From: Escherichia phage vB_EcoM-RPN226 | Strand: one strand, 5' to 3' | Sequence record: OL770073.2 | Length of the DNA stretch: 64,000 nucleotides | The notes under the pieces: model-generated | What the model was told of the DNA's origin: nothing | Databases searched by the model: none | The model's input: only the letters and a program-made list of their open reading frames with translations | Made by a program: the position numbers and the translations under genes | Shown: in pieces, positions 11,400-20,311 of the stretch | Numbering within the stretch: the first letter of the stretch is position 1 | Layout of the letters: each line of letters begins with the position of its first letter

Positions 11400-11635
11400 T
11401 GAAATTTCGTTTGGTACAGCTCACAGCAATTAGTTCTTATTCTAACGAGAACATTTCATTTGCTGTAGAGTATAAGAAGTATTTTTTCTCTAAATGGAAG
11501 CAGTATTATAAGTCAAACTGGGTTTGTATTGATAGACCGTATAGTTGGAAATCTGATTTAGAAAAATGCCAAAAATTGCTTTCCACTCTTAAAGAACGTG
11601 GAACAACTCATATTAAAACTGTGATAGGTAAATAA
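11399..11635 (+). CDS. hypothetical protein (31.2-like)
   Basis: 78-aa ORF. Confidence 0.45.
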   Translation: MKFRLVQLTAISSYSNENISFAVEYKKYFFSKWKQYYKSNWVCIDRPYSWKSDLEKCQKLLSTLKERGTTHIKTVIGK

Positions 11636-11944
11636 ATGAAACTGACGACTGAACAAAAAGTAGCAATTCGTGAAATTTTGAAAACTAAATTGTCCATGGG
11701 TATTTCAAATGTAGTTTTTGAAAAGTCTGATGGTACTATTCGTACTATGAAAGGCACTCGTGATGCAGACTTTATGCCAACCATGCAAACTGGTAAATTG
11801 ACTGAATCTGCTCGGAAAGAATCTACTGATATGGTTCCAGTATTTGATGTTGAGCTTGGCATGTGGCGAGGTTTTTCTATTGACAAATTGATTTCCGTTA
11901 ATGGTATGAAAGTTGAGCATTTGCTTCAATTTATTGGTAAATAA
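11636..11944 (+). CDS. hypothetical protein (31.1-like)
   Basis: 102-aa ORF. Confidence 0.45.
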   Translation: MKLTTEQKVAIREILKTKLSMGISNVVFEKSDGTIRTMKGTRDADFMPTMQTGKLTESARKESTDMVPVFDVELGMWRGFSIDKLISVNGMKVEHLLQFIGK

Positions 11945-11945
11945 A

Positions 11946-11970
11946 TGCTTTAAGAATTATTTGTTATTAT
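11946..11970 (+). promoter_or_regulatory. MotA-dependent middle promoter (TGCTTTA box, 12-nt spacer, TATTAT) upstream of gene 31
   Basis: AAATGCTTTAAGAATTATTTGTTATTAT about 30 nt before the gene 31 start. Confidence 0.45.
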
Positions 11971-12000
11971 TAATTCATCTGTTAACAAAAAGGAAAAATG

Positions 12001-12336
12001 ATGTCTGAAGTACAACAGCTACCAATTCGTGCTGTCGGTGAATATGTTATTTTAGTTTCTGAACCTGCACAAGCCGGTGATGAAGAAGTTACAGAATCAG
12101 GACTTATTATCGGTAAACGTGTTCAAGGTGAAGTTCCTGAACTGTGTGTAGTTCACTCTGTTGGTCCTGATGTTCCTGAAGGTTTCTGCGAAGTTGGTGA
12201 TTTGACTTCTCTTCCAGTTGGTCAAATTCGAAACGTTCCGCATCCTTTTGTAGCTCTGGGTCTTAAGCAGCCAAAAGAAATTAAACAAAAATTCGTTACC
12301 TGTCACTATAAAGCTATTCCGTGTCTTTATAAGTGA
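12001..12336 (+). CDS. 31: co-chaperonin gp31 (GroES-like, capsid folding)
   Basis: 111 aa from [18 protein letters not shown]; matches T4 gp31. Confidence 0.88.
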
Positions 12337-12346
12337 TATAAATAAT

Positions 12347-12354
12347 AATATGAA
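12347..12354 (+). promoter_or_regulatory. T4 late promoter TATAAATA upstream of rIII
   Basis: exact TATAAATA on the plus strand. Confidence 0.4.
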
Positions 12355-12483
12355 TTGGGTGTCGGAATAATAAGTTAACCGAACAATTCTATGTGGTAGT
12401 CTACAACTGAGAGATCTGTCGAAAGAAGATGAAATTCAGAAGAACGTGACTACCGAGTTTTAATCTCTAACGAGAATTTTTAA

Positions 12484-12732
12484 ATGATTAAACAATTACA
12501 ACACGCTCTTGAACTGCAACGAAACGCATGGAATAATGGTCACGAAAACTATGGCGCATCTATTGATGTTGAAGCCGAAGCTCTTGAAATCCTGCGTTAT
12601 TTCAAACATCTGAATCCTGCTCAAACTGCACTAGCTGCTGAGCTTCAGGAAAAAGATGAACTTAAATATGCTAAGCCTCTGGCTTCTGCTGCACGAAAAG
12701 CAGTTCGTCACTTTGTGGTAACACTGAAGTAA
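12484..12732 (+). CDS. rIII: rIII lysis-inhibition accessory protein
   Basis: 82 aa; MIKQLQHALELQRNAWNNGHENYG matches T4 RIII. Confidence 0.85.
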   Translation: MIKQLQHALELQRNAWNNGHENYGASIDVEAEALEILRYFKHLNPAQTALAAELQEKDELKYAKPLASAARKAVRHFVVTLK

Positions 12733-13130
12733 TTTATTGGAGATTCACTGCCTTAGTGTGAGCTAAAATCGAGGAGCCGTCGAACTGTCTGATTAATGAT
12801 TTGCGAATCATTATAGTTTTAAGACCCCGGCAGTTTTACGGTGTACCTCTTGAATGTTATTCTTATAGCGGCAAGTGCATGCTACCCCGAGGTGATGGCC
12901 AATCGGGAGTACGCCTCAAGTCCTATATATCCATCAGTATATATCTTATCCTCGAGAAATCGAACCCGGAACCTTTAAGCTAACGGTGTGCAACAGATAA
13001 GAGCTATAAGGTATGATGACGGGTTTATGGTTATCCTGGTCGTTAAATATTCAAAAACCTATGTTCCCCTTGAGGGCTTGCGCAGGCAATGCCAATAAGT
13101 CCTGCATTTTCATTTAAAAGAGAATTTATA

Positions 13131-13307
13131 ATGGCAAAACAAGCTAAAGCAAAGAAAGCAGTTGAAAAGAAAGTTGGTGATTCTAAACGCGCTGGTTACA
13201 AGCGTGGGTCGAACTCTCGTATCAATCAAACTGTTGAGAAGATCATGCGCCGAGCACGTGCGGTTCTTCGAGATGATGCTTCTCGTTTTGGTAAGCAGAA
13301 AGCATAA
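13131..13307 (+). CDS. small lysine/arginine-rich protein (30.9-like)
   Basis: 58-aa ORF from MAKQAKAKKA, followed by a strong terminator. Confidence 0.5.
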   Translation: MAKQAKAKKAVEKKVGDSKRAGYKRGSNSRINQTVEKIMRRARAVLRDDASRFGKQKA

Positions 13308-13312
13308 GTTAA

Positions 13313-13337
13313 GGACTCCTTCGGGAGTCCTTTTTTA
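13313..13337 (+). terminator. rho-independent terminator GGACTCC-TTCG-GGAGTCC plus T6
   Basis: perfect 7-bp GC-rich stem, tetraloop, TTTTTT. Confidence 0.65.
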
Positions 13338-13418
13338 TTTTCCAAAGATTTGCATAAAGTTGTTTACAGTATAGTTCCTTTGTGATAGTATTATCTTACA
13401 CAAACAAAGGAGAATAAA

Positions 13419-13679
13419 ATGAAAACGATTAATCTGAACGCCACAGTTAAAACTAAATGCTTCAATGGTAAATATGATGAAACTATGTGGTTCTTAATGG
13501 CAGTTGAAGGTGATATTATTGAAGTAGCGATCCAAAACAGGGGCTTTCGTGATGCATTACAAGCCTCGAAAGGAAAAGTTTTGAAGCACAGCATGGCTAG
13601 TTGTCTAACAAAAGATGATACAATACTAACCGAAGCTGAATTTATTGATGTGTTAAACCTATTAAGAGACTCTCTATGA
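13419..13679 (+). CDS. hypothetical protein
   Basis: 86-aa ORF with GGAGAA RBS. Confidence 0.5.
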   Translation: MKTINLNATVKTKCFNGKYDETMWFLMAVEGDIIEVAIQNRGFRDALQASKGKVLKHSMASCLTKDDTILTEAEFIDVLNLLRDSL

Positions 13680-14548
13680 AGCCAACTATTTTAACTGATA
13701 TTGATGGAGTATGTTTAAGCTGGCAATCAGGCCTTCCTTATTTTGCTCAGAAATATAATCTTCCGTTAGAACATATTTTAAAAATGATCCAAGATGAGAA
13801 ATTTATTTCTCCAGGTAAACTCTTTAATTGTGATGAAGAACTTGGCGTCAAGTTAATTGAAAAATATAATCGATCAGATTTTATTCGTTACTTGTCTCCA
13901 TATAAAGATGCTCTGTGTGTAATTAACAAATTAAAAGAAGATTATAATTTTGTAGCTGTTACAGCACTGGGTGATTCTATTGACGCTCTGTTGAATCGTC
14001 AATTTAATTTGAATGCTCTTTTTCCTGGTGCCTTTTCAGAAGTACTGATGTGTGGTCATGATTCTTCAAAAGAAGAGTTGTTCAAAAAGGCAAAAGAGAA
14101 ATATAACGTAATTTGTTATATTGACGATCTCGCTCACCACTGCGATCACGCGAGTGAAATATTAAATGTTCCAGTTTATTGGATGGCTCGAGGAGAGCGT
14201 GACAGTATTCCAAAAACTGCACAGCGAGTTTATACATGGAATGATGTAGAAAATAAGCTTTTTTCGCCGAAGGAAAATAAAGAAAGTTTTGATAGTGAAA
14301 AAGCTATAAAAGATGTAATTGAGAAGATGGTTAAAAACGATTCTTTTCCTTGGAACACTACCTGGAGAACACCTGGATTTAATCCGTATAATCCATATTA
14401 TACACATCCATATAATCCATATAATCCATATTATACACACCCGTATCATATGAATCCATTCCATACGTGGAGTTATACTAAGCCTGGTGATGCAGGGTAT
14501 TTTAATAGATTTACTAGTGGTGATAATATTTTCCAAGGAGCATTCTAA
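13676..14548 (+). CDS. HAD-like nucleotidase-domain protein with C-terminal Tyr/Pro/Asn-rich tandem repeats
   Basis: 290 aa; N-terminal ILTDIDGVCL (DxDGV HAD motif I); C-terminal NPYNPYYTHPY repeated twice. Confidence 0.6.
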   Translation: MKPTILTDIDGVCLSWQSGLPYFAQKYNLPLEHILKMIQDEKFISPGKLFNCDEELGVKLIEKYNRSDFIRYLSPYKDALCVINKLKEDYNFVAVTALGDSIDALLNRQFNLNALFPGAFSEVLMCGHDSSKEELFKKAKEKYNVICYIDDLAHHCDHASEILNVPVYWMARGERDSIPKTAQRVYTWNDVENKLFSPKENKESFDSEKAIKDVIEKMVKNDSFPWNTTWRTPGFNPYNPYYTHPYNPYNPYYTHPYHMNPFHTWSYTKPGDAGYFNRFTSGDNIFQGAF

Positions 14549-14814
14549 TGTTTGTCGTTCACACTATTTATGAAAATGAAGGTAATACTACACGTGATTA
14601 CGGTCACGTAAATCAATTTTTTAGATGCAATCCAGAATTCCGAGCTCAAAAAGACGAACGAATTTTTAAAAAAATGTGTAGAGCAAGGTTTCATTTACGT
14701 CAAGCACTGGATGCAAGGAAATAAAGTTAGAACTACATATCATAAGTCTTTGCCTGAGCTTAATGATGAATTGATTTATAATAGAGCTGTAAACCAAACC
14801 TTGAAGGATGAGTA

Positions 14815-16275
14815 ATGATTCTTAAAATTCTGAATGAAATAGCATCTATTGGTTCAACTAAGCAGAAGCAAGCAATTCTTGAAAAGAATAAAGATAATGA
14901 ATTGCTTAAACGAGTATATCGTCTGACTTATTCTCGTGGGTTACAGTATTATATCAAGAAATGGCCTAAACCTGGTATTGCTACCCAGAGTTTTGGAATG
15001 TTGACTATTACCGATATGCTTGACTTCATTGAATTCACGTTAGCTACTCGGAAATTAACTGGCAATGCAGCAATTGAGGAATTAACTGGATATATCACCG
15101 ATGGTAAAAAGGATGATGTTGAAGTTTTGCGTCGAGTTATGATGCGAGACCTTGAATGCGGTGCTTCAGTATCTATTGCAAACAAAGTTTGGCCAGGTTT
15201 AATTCCTGAACAACCTCAAATGCTGGCAAGTTCTTATGATGAAAAAGGCATTAGTAAGAATATCAAGTTTCCAGCTTTTGCGCAGTTAAAAGCAGATGGA
15301 GCTCGGTGTTTTGCTGAAGTACGAGGCGATGAATTAGATGATGTTCGTCTTTTATCGCGAGCTGGTAATGAATATCTAGGATTAGATCTTCTTAAGGAAG
15401 AGTTAATCAAAATGACTGCTGAAGCCCGCCAGATTCATCCAGAAGGTGTGTTAATTGATGGTGAATTGGTATACCATGAGCAAGTTAAAAAGGAACCAGA
15501 AGGCCTAGATTTTCTTTTTGACACTCCTGAAATTAGCAAAGCTAAAGAATTCGCCGAAGTAGCGGAATCTCGTACTGCTTCTAATGGAATCGCCAATAAA
15601 TCCTTAAAAGGAACCATTTCCGAAAAAGAAGCCAAATGCATGAAGTTTCAGGTCTGGGATTATGTCCCGTTGGTAGAAATATACGGTCTTCCGGCGTTTC
15701 GTTTAAAATATGATGTACGTTTTTCTAAACTAGAACAAATGACATCAGGATATGATAAAGTAATTTTAATTGAAAACCAGGTAGTAAATAACCTAGATGA
15801 AGCTAAGGTAATTTATAAAAAGTATATTGACCAAGGTCTTGAAGGTATTATTCTCAAAAATACCGATGGATTGTGGGAAAATGCTCGTTCAAAAAATCTC
15901 TATAAATTTAAAGAAGTAATTGATGTTGATTTAAAAATTGTAGGAATTTATCCTCACCGTAAAGACCCTACTAAAGCAGGTGGATTTATTCTTGAATCAG
16001 AGTGCGGAAAAATTAAAGTAAATGCAGGTTCAGGCTTAAAAGATAAAGCCGGTGTAAAATCACATGAACTTGACCGTACTCGCATTATGGAAAACCAAAA
16101 TTATTATATTGGAAAAATTCTAGAGTGCGAATGCAATGGTTGGTTAAAATCTGATGGCCGCACTGATTACGTTAAATTATTTCTTCCAATTGCGATTCGT
16201 TTACGTGAAGATAAAACTAAAGCCAATACATTCGAGGATGTATTTGGTGATTTTCATGAGGTAACTGGTCTATGA
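14815..16275 (+). CDS. 30: ATP-dependent DNA ligase (gene 30)
   Basis: 486/487 aa; matches T4 DNA ligase including the KADGAR adenylation motif. Confidence 0.93.
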   Translation: MILKILNEIASIGSTKQKQAILEKNKDNELLKRVYRLTYSRGLQYYIKKWPKPGIATQSFGMLTITDMLDFIEFTLATRKLTGNAAIEELTGYITDGKKDDVEVLRRVMMRDLECGASVSIANKVWPGLIPEQPQMLASSYDEKGISKNIKFPAFAQLKADGARCFAEVRGDELDDVRLLSRAGNEYLGLDLLKEELIKMTAEARQIHPEGVLIDGELVYHEQVKKEPEGLDFLFDTPEISKAKEFAEVAESRTASNGIANKSLKGTISEKEAKCMKFQVWDYVPLVEIYGLPAFRLKYDVRFSKLEQMTSGYDKVILIENQVVNNLDEAKVIYKKYIDQGLEGIILKNTDGLWENARSKNLYKFKEVIDVDLKIVGIYPHRKDPTKAGGFILESECGKIKVNAGSGLKDKAGVKSHELDRTRIMENQNYYIGKILECECNGWLKSDGRTDYVKLFLPIAIRLREDKTKANTFEDVFGDFHEVTGL

Positions 16276-16460
16276 AAGCTTACTTAGAAACAATTGTCGT
16301 GGCTCAAAAAGAAGGTGGAGATGTTTCTACTTCTGTATCACAAATCGTTCTCGAATTTGTAGATGCATATGCTTATAATAAATTTACAGAAACATTTGAT
16401 GCCTATGAAAAAGGGCCAAAGTTTGAAATATACCGTACTCTCTTACCATTAGATTATTAA
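16272..16460 (+). CDS. hypothetical protein
   Basis: 62-aa ORF, stop/start coupled to gene 30. Confidence 0.45.
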   Translation: MKAYLETIVVAQKEGGDVSTSVSQIVLEFVDAYAYNKFTETFDAYEKGPKFEIYRTLLPLDY

Positions 16461-16476
16461 AGGCCTTCGGGCCTTT
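16460..16476 (+). terminator. hairpin AAGGCC-TTCG-GGCCTT followed by TAATTTTAT
   Basis: GC stem-loop plus T-rich tract. Confidence 0.5.
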
Positions 16477-16481
16477 AATTT

Positions 16482-16489
16482 TATAAATA
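16482..16489 (+). promoter_or_regulatory. T4 late promoter TATAAATA upstream of alt
   Basis: exact TATAAATA about 25 nt before the alt start; alt is a late virion protein. Confidence 0.5.
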
Positions 16490-16512
16490 GAATAAACACT
16501 AGAGAGGATATG

Positions 16513-18606
16513 ATGGAACTTATTACAGAATTATTTGACGAAGATACTACTCTTCCGATTACAAACTTAAATCCAAAGAAGAAAATACCGCAAATTTTTT
16601 CAGTTCATGTTGATGACGCAATTGAACAACCAGGCTTTCGTTTATGTACCTATACATCTGGAGGTGATACTAATCGCGATTTAAAAATGGGCGATAAAAT
16701 GATGCATATTGTTCCTTTTACATTAACTGCTAAAGGTTCAATTGCTAAATTAAAAGGTCTCGGTCCAAGCCCAATTAATTATATCAATTCAGTTTTTACT
16801 GTTGCAATGCAGACGATGCGTCAGTATAAAATTGATGCCTGTATGCTCCGTATTCTTAAGTCTAAAACTGCTGGTCAAGCTCGACAAATTCAAGTTATTG
16901 CTGATAGACTTATCCGTAGTCGTTCAGGTGGCAGATACGTCCTTCTTAAGGAACTCTGGGATTATGATAAAAAGTATGCATATATTCTTATACATCGCAA
17001 AAATGTATCACTAGAAGACATTCCAGGAGTTCCGGAAATTAGTACCGAGCTCTTTACTAAAGTTGAATCGAAAGTCGGCGATGTTTATATCAATAAAGAT
17101 ACTGGAGCTCAAGTAACTAAAAATGAGGCAATTGCTGCATCTATTGCGCAAGAAAATGATAAACGTTCTGACCAAGCTGTAATCGTTAAAGTTAAAATTT
17201 CCCGTAGAGCAATTGCGCAAAGTCAGTCATTGGAATCTTCTAGATTTGAAAGCGAATTATTCCAGAAGTATGAATCTACCGCAGCTAATTTCAATAAACC
17301 TGCTACCGCTCCTTTAATTCCCGAAGCAGAAGAAATGAAGCTTGGAATTAATTCATTAGCTTCTAAAACTAAAGCAGCAAAAATTATTGCCGAAGGAACT
17401 GCAGATGAACTTCACTATGATTATAAATTCTTTTCAAAAAGTGAGGTTAATGAAGTTTCTGAAAAAATTAAAGATGTAATTCTTAATGCGATTAAAAATG
17501 AACCGACTACTTCAATAAAATGTTTAGAGAAATACGCAGCAGCTGTTAATCAATTATTTGAAGAATATAAAGATAATTGGCTTGATAAACATAATAAAAC
17601 CCGTAAAGGACAGCCAGATGAAGTCTGGGAAGAAATGACTAAAAATTCCTGGAACGCAGCAAAAACTAAATTCCTCAAAAGAATGATTTACAGCTTTTCT
17701 GGAATTGGTGCAGGTCCAATGATTGATATTACTATTGCCCGTGATGGTTCTAAATATACTCCATCACAAAAGCGTGGCATTAGAGAGTATTGTGGTTCAG
17801 GATATACTGACATCAATAATCTTCTTTTGGGTCGTTACAATCCAGAACGATATGATGTAATGAGTGAAAAAGAAATTGAATCTGCGATAAATAATTTAGA
17901 TTCAGCCTTTGAAAATGGTGACCGTATACCAGAAGGCATTACAGTTTATCGCGCTCAAAGCATGACTGCTCCTATATACGAAGCACTAGTTAAAAATAAA
18001 GTGTTCTATTTCAGAAATTTTGTATCTACTTCTTTAACTCCTATCATTTTTGGACGTTTTGGAATTACGCATGCTGGTATTGGTCTTTTAGAACCAGAAG
18101 CTCGTAATGAATTGACAGTTGATAAAAATGAAGAAGGAATAACTATTAATCCAAGCGAAATAAGAGCGTATAAAGAAAATCCTGAATACGTTAAAGTTCA
18201 AATAGGATGGGCAATTGATGGAGCTCATAAAGTTAATGTTGTATATCCAGGAAATCTCGGAATAGCAACAGAAGCTGAAGTTATTCTACCACGCGGATTG
18301 ATGGTCAAAGTTAATAAAATAACTGATGCTTCTAATAATGACGGAACAACATCTAATAATACAAAACTCATTCAAGCTGAAGTTATGACCACGGAAGAAC
18401 TCACCGAATCAGTCATTTATGACGGTGACCGTCTAATGGAAACCGGTGAAGTAGTTGCAATGACAGATGATATTGAAATAGAAGACAGAGTTGACTTTGC
18501 ATCATTTGTTTCATCAAATGCTAAACAAAAAGTAGAATCATCTCTTGGAATTATTGCGTCTTGCATAGATATTGCAAATATGCCTTACAAGTTCGTTCAA
18601 GGATAA
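16513..18606 (+). CDS. alt: Alt ADP-ribosyltransferase (packaged, injected with DNA)
   Basis: about 697 aa from MELITELFDE; matches T4 Alt as recalled. Confidence 0.85.
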   Translation: MELITELFDEDTTLPITNLNPKKKIPQIFSVHVDDAIEQPGFRLCTYTSGGDTNRDLKMGDKMMHIVPFTLTAKGSIAKLKGLGPSPINYINSVFTVAMQTMRQYKIDACMLRILKSKTAGQARQIQVIADRLIRSRSGGRYVLLKELWDYDKKYAYILIHRKNVSLEDIPGVPEISTELFTKVESKVGDVYINKDTGAQVTKNEAIAASIAQENDKRSDQAVIVKVKISRRAIAQSQSLESSRFESELFQKYESTAANFNKPATAPLIPEAEEMKLGINSLASKTKAAKIIAEGTADELHYDYKFFSKSEVNEVSEKIKDVILNAIKNEPTTSIKCLEKYAAAVNQLFEEYKDNWLDKHNKTRKGQPDEVWEEMTKNSWNAAKTKFLKRMIYSFSGIGAGPMIDITIARDGSKYTPSQKRGIREYCGSGYTDINNLLLGRYNPERYDVMSEKEIESAINNLDSAFENGDRIPEGITVYRAQSMTAPIYEALVKNKVFYFRNFVSTSLTPIIFGRFGITHAGIGLLEPEARNELTVDKNEEGITINPSEIRAYKENPEYVKVQIGWAIDGAHKVNVVYPGNLGIATEAEVILPRGLMVKVNKITDASNNDGTTSNNTKLIQAEVMTTEELTESVIYDGDRLMETGEVVAMTDDIEIEDRVDFASFVSSNAKQKVESSLGIIASCIDIANMPYKFVQG

Positions 18607-18609
18607 ATC

Positions 18610-18995
18610 ATGGAACTTATTACAGAATTATTTGACGGCGCTTCGGCGCCGGTTGTTAACTTAAATCCTAAGCATAAAATACCACAAATTTTTGCTATTC
18701 AAGCCGGCGAAGAAAGCGTGCTTCCTAGATTTAGATTTTGTACATACACCTCTGGCGGTGATACGAATAAAACGTTAAGCCGGGCGATAAAATGATGCAT
18801 ATCGTAATGATAGGTGTTAATGAGAAACTATCATTAGTTAAGCTTAAAAACTTGGGTGGAAATCCAATTGGTGTCATTAATGCTGTTTTTGATGCTGCTC
18901 TTCAAACAATGAAACAGTATAAAATCGACGCATGCCTATTACGCGTACTAAAAAGTTCAAAATGTAGTTTACAAGTCCCTCGTGTTGTGTTATAG
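18610..18995 (+). pseudogene. frameshifted, truncated paralog of the alt N-terminal region
   Basis: ORFs 18610-18795 and 18792-18995 together align with Alt residues 1 to about 130 but sit in different frames. Confidence 0.6.
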
Positions 18996-18997
18996 TA
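18967..18997 (+). promoter_or_regulatory. T4 early-type promoter (second copy of the 6869 element)
   Basis: GTTTACAAGTCCCTCGTGTTGTGTTATAGTA identical to 6869-6899. Confidence 0.5.
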
Positions 18998-19027
18998 GTC
19001 TTACTGACATAACACGAGGAACACAAA

Positions 19028-19318
19028 ATGAAATCTTCTTTACGCTTTTTAGGTCAAGAACTTGTAGTTGAAGGCGTTATTCCTGCTGATAATGCTTTTA
19101 ATGAAGCAGTTTATGATGAATTTATCAAAATTTTCGGAACAGATAAAAAGTTTGGAATTTTTCCTTCTGAAAATTTTTCAAAGCCAGAACAGACTGAAAG
19201 TATTTTTCAGGGTGTAGTAACAGGTAAATTTGAGTCAGAAGCTCCGGTAAAAATTGAAGTTTATATTGAAGACAGTTTAGTTGCTTCAGTTGCTGCTTTC
19301 ATTTCATTCCGTAAATAA
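19028..19318 (+). CDS. hypothetical protein
   Basis: 96-aa ORF after the early promoter, with GAGGAACA RBS. Confidence 0.5.
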   Translation: MKSSLRFLGQELVVEGVIPADNAFNEAVYDEFIKIFGTDKKFGIFPSENFSKPEQTESIFQGVVTGKFESEAPVKIEVYIEDSLVASVAAFISFRK

Positions 19319-19324
19319 AAATAT

Positions 19325-19342
19325 GGGGACCTTTCGGTCCCC
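19325..19342. terminator. bidirectional hairpin terminator GGGGACC-TTTC-GGTCCCC between convergent genes
   Basis: perfect 7-bp stem flanked by A/T runs on both sides. Confidence 0.6.
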
Positions 19343-19390
19343 ATTGTTATATTACTCCTAATATTTTACTTTGCGAATTGACAATTCCTG

Positions 19391-20311
19391 TCATAGTATA
19401 ATGTTGGAAATGCTTCCAGCAGTTCCCCCTAATCTACTGAGTCGTGAAAGCGAATTAGATAGTCCAGTAACACCTCCACTATTTCCGAGAACGCTTTGAA
19501 TACCATTTATAGCAGCAGATTCAAGCCATTCAAGCGCAGCTTGCCTATCAACTGCTCCAGCCTGCATGACTCTATACGCAAAAGTAACATCAAATGTAGT
19601 TATTTGGTTATCTCCATCATATGATAACTCAGGAGCGCTCACTGATATTGGAATGCATCCGGTGAACATCACCGCAGTATGAGGCAATCCATTACGAGAA
19701 TGAAGATTAACCTGAATATCTGCCTCGACATCTTGTGGCAAAGCACGTAATCCAGTTACTGGGTCTTGAACGGAGTTAACCCAGTCTTGCATCGCACGAT
19801 AGTTACAAGCTTCTGAATCCATCCTAAATGAAATAACCAAAGGGTCTAATTCTCTCCCAGTTATACGAATATTAGGAGAATTATAGTTCCAGTCAGTTTC
19901 ATAGGATAATCTATTCTCTGGCATTTTTACAGAATATATCATCAATCCAGATGAGTTATATGCCATGTTAAAGAAGTCAATTAAATATGTACCAACTGTA
20001 AATGAGCCCAATAAACTTTGAACTGTGCGTTGACTCATGGCACCAATAAGATATTTACTAACCCCTGATTTTCTTATCAGTTTTTGTGTGCCAGCAGTAA
20101 TTAGCGTGGTAATTCCCTGATTAATATCGCCTTGAGTCAATCCTAACCAATCTGAATTTAGACCCAAGTTATTATAAGAAAAGTTGCTAATTGAACTTAT
20201 CAACGAAGAGCTTTTAGTTGATGGAGTTGTCGCAAAAACGCAGCTAAACATATTATTACGTTGGAAATCTGCGTTTATTGCTTGATTATTAAATTCCTCT
20301 AAAGAATACAT
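19391..20311 (-). CDS. 54: baseplate tail-tube initiator gp54
   Basis: 306-aa ORF; synteny with 48-29-28-27; recalled T4 gp54 similarity. Confidence 0.8.
   Translation of the reverse strand: MYSLEEFNNQAINADFQRNNMFSCVFATTPSTKSSSLISSISNFSYNNLGLNSDWLGLTQGDINQGITTLITAGTQKLIRKSGVSKYLIGAMSQRTVQSLLGSFTVGTYLIDFFNMAYNSSGLMIYSVKMPENRLSYETDWNYNSPNIRITGRELDPLVISFRMDSEACNYRAMQDWVNSVQDPVTGLRALPQDVEADIQVNLHSRNGLPHTAVMFTGCIPISVSAPELSYDGDNQITTFDVTFAYRVMQAGAVDRQAALEWLESAAINGIQSVLGNSGGVTGLSNSLSRLSRLGGTAGSISNIIL

Noticed and set aside
12950-12985. tRNA-like TCGAACC T-loop-type motif in the rIII-downstream intergenic region
   Set aside because: I could not build flanking acceptor or T-stem pairing or a cloverleaf on either strand; T4-type tRNA clusters lie elsewhere in the genome.
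14380-14450. Direct repeat that could be mistaken for a CRISPR or satellite
   Set aside because: Only two 33-bp copies, in frame within a coding sequence, with no spacer/repeat alternation; it is a coding tandem repeat.
14162-14536. 124-aa minus-strand ORF with WIIWIIW repeats
   Set aside because: It is the antisense reading of the NPYNPYYTHPY tandem repeat inside the plus-strand 290-aa gene; no RBS.
19378-19402. TTGACA ... TATAAT sigma70-like promoter on the plus strand
   Set aside because: The spacer is only about 13 nt and it lies in the 3' end of gene 54, pointing antisense; probably fortuitous.
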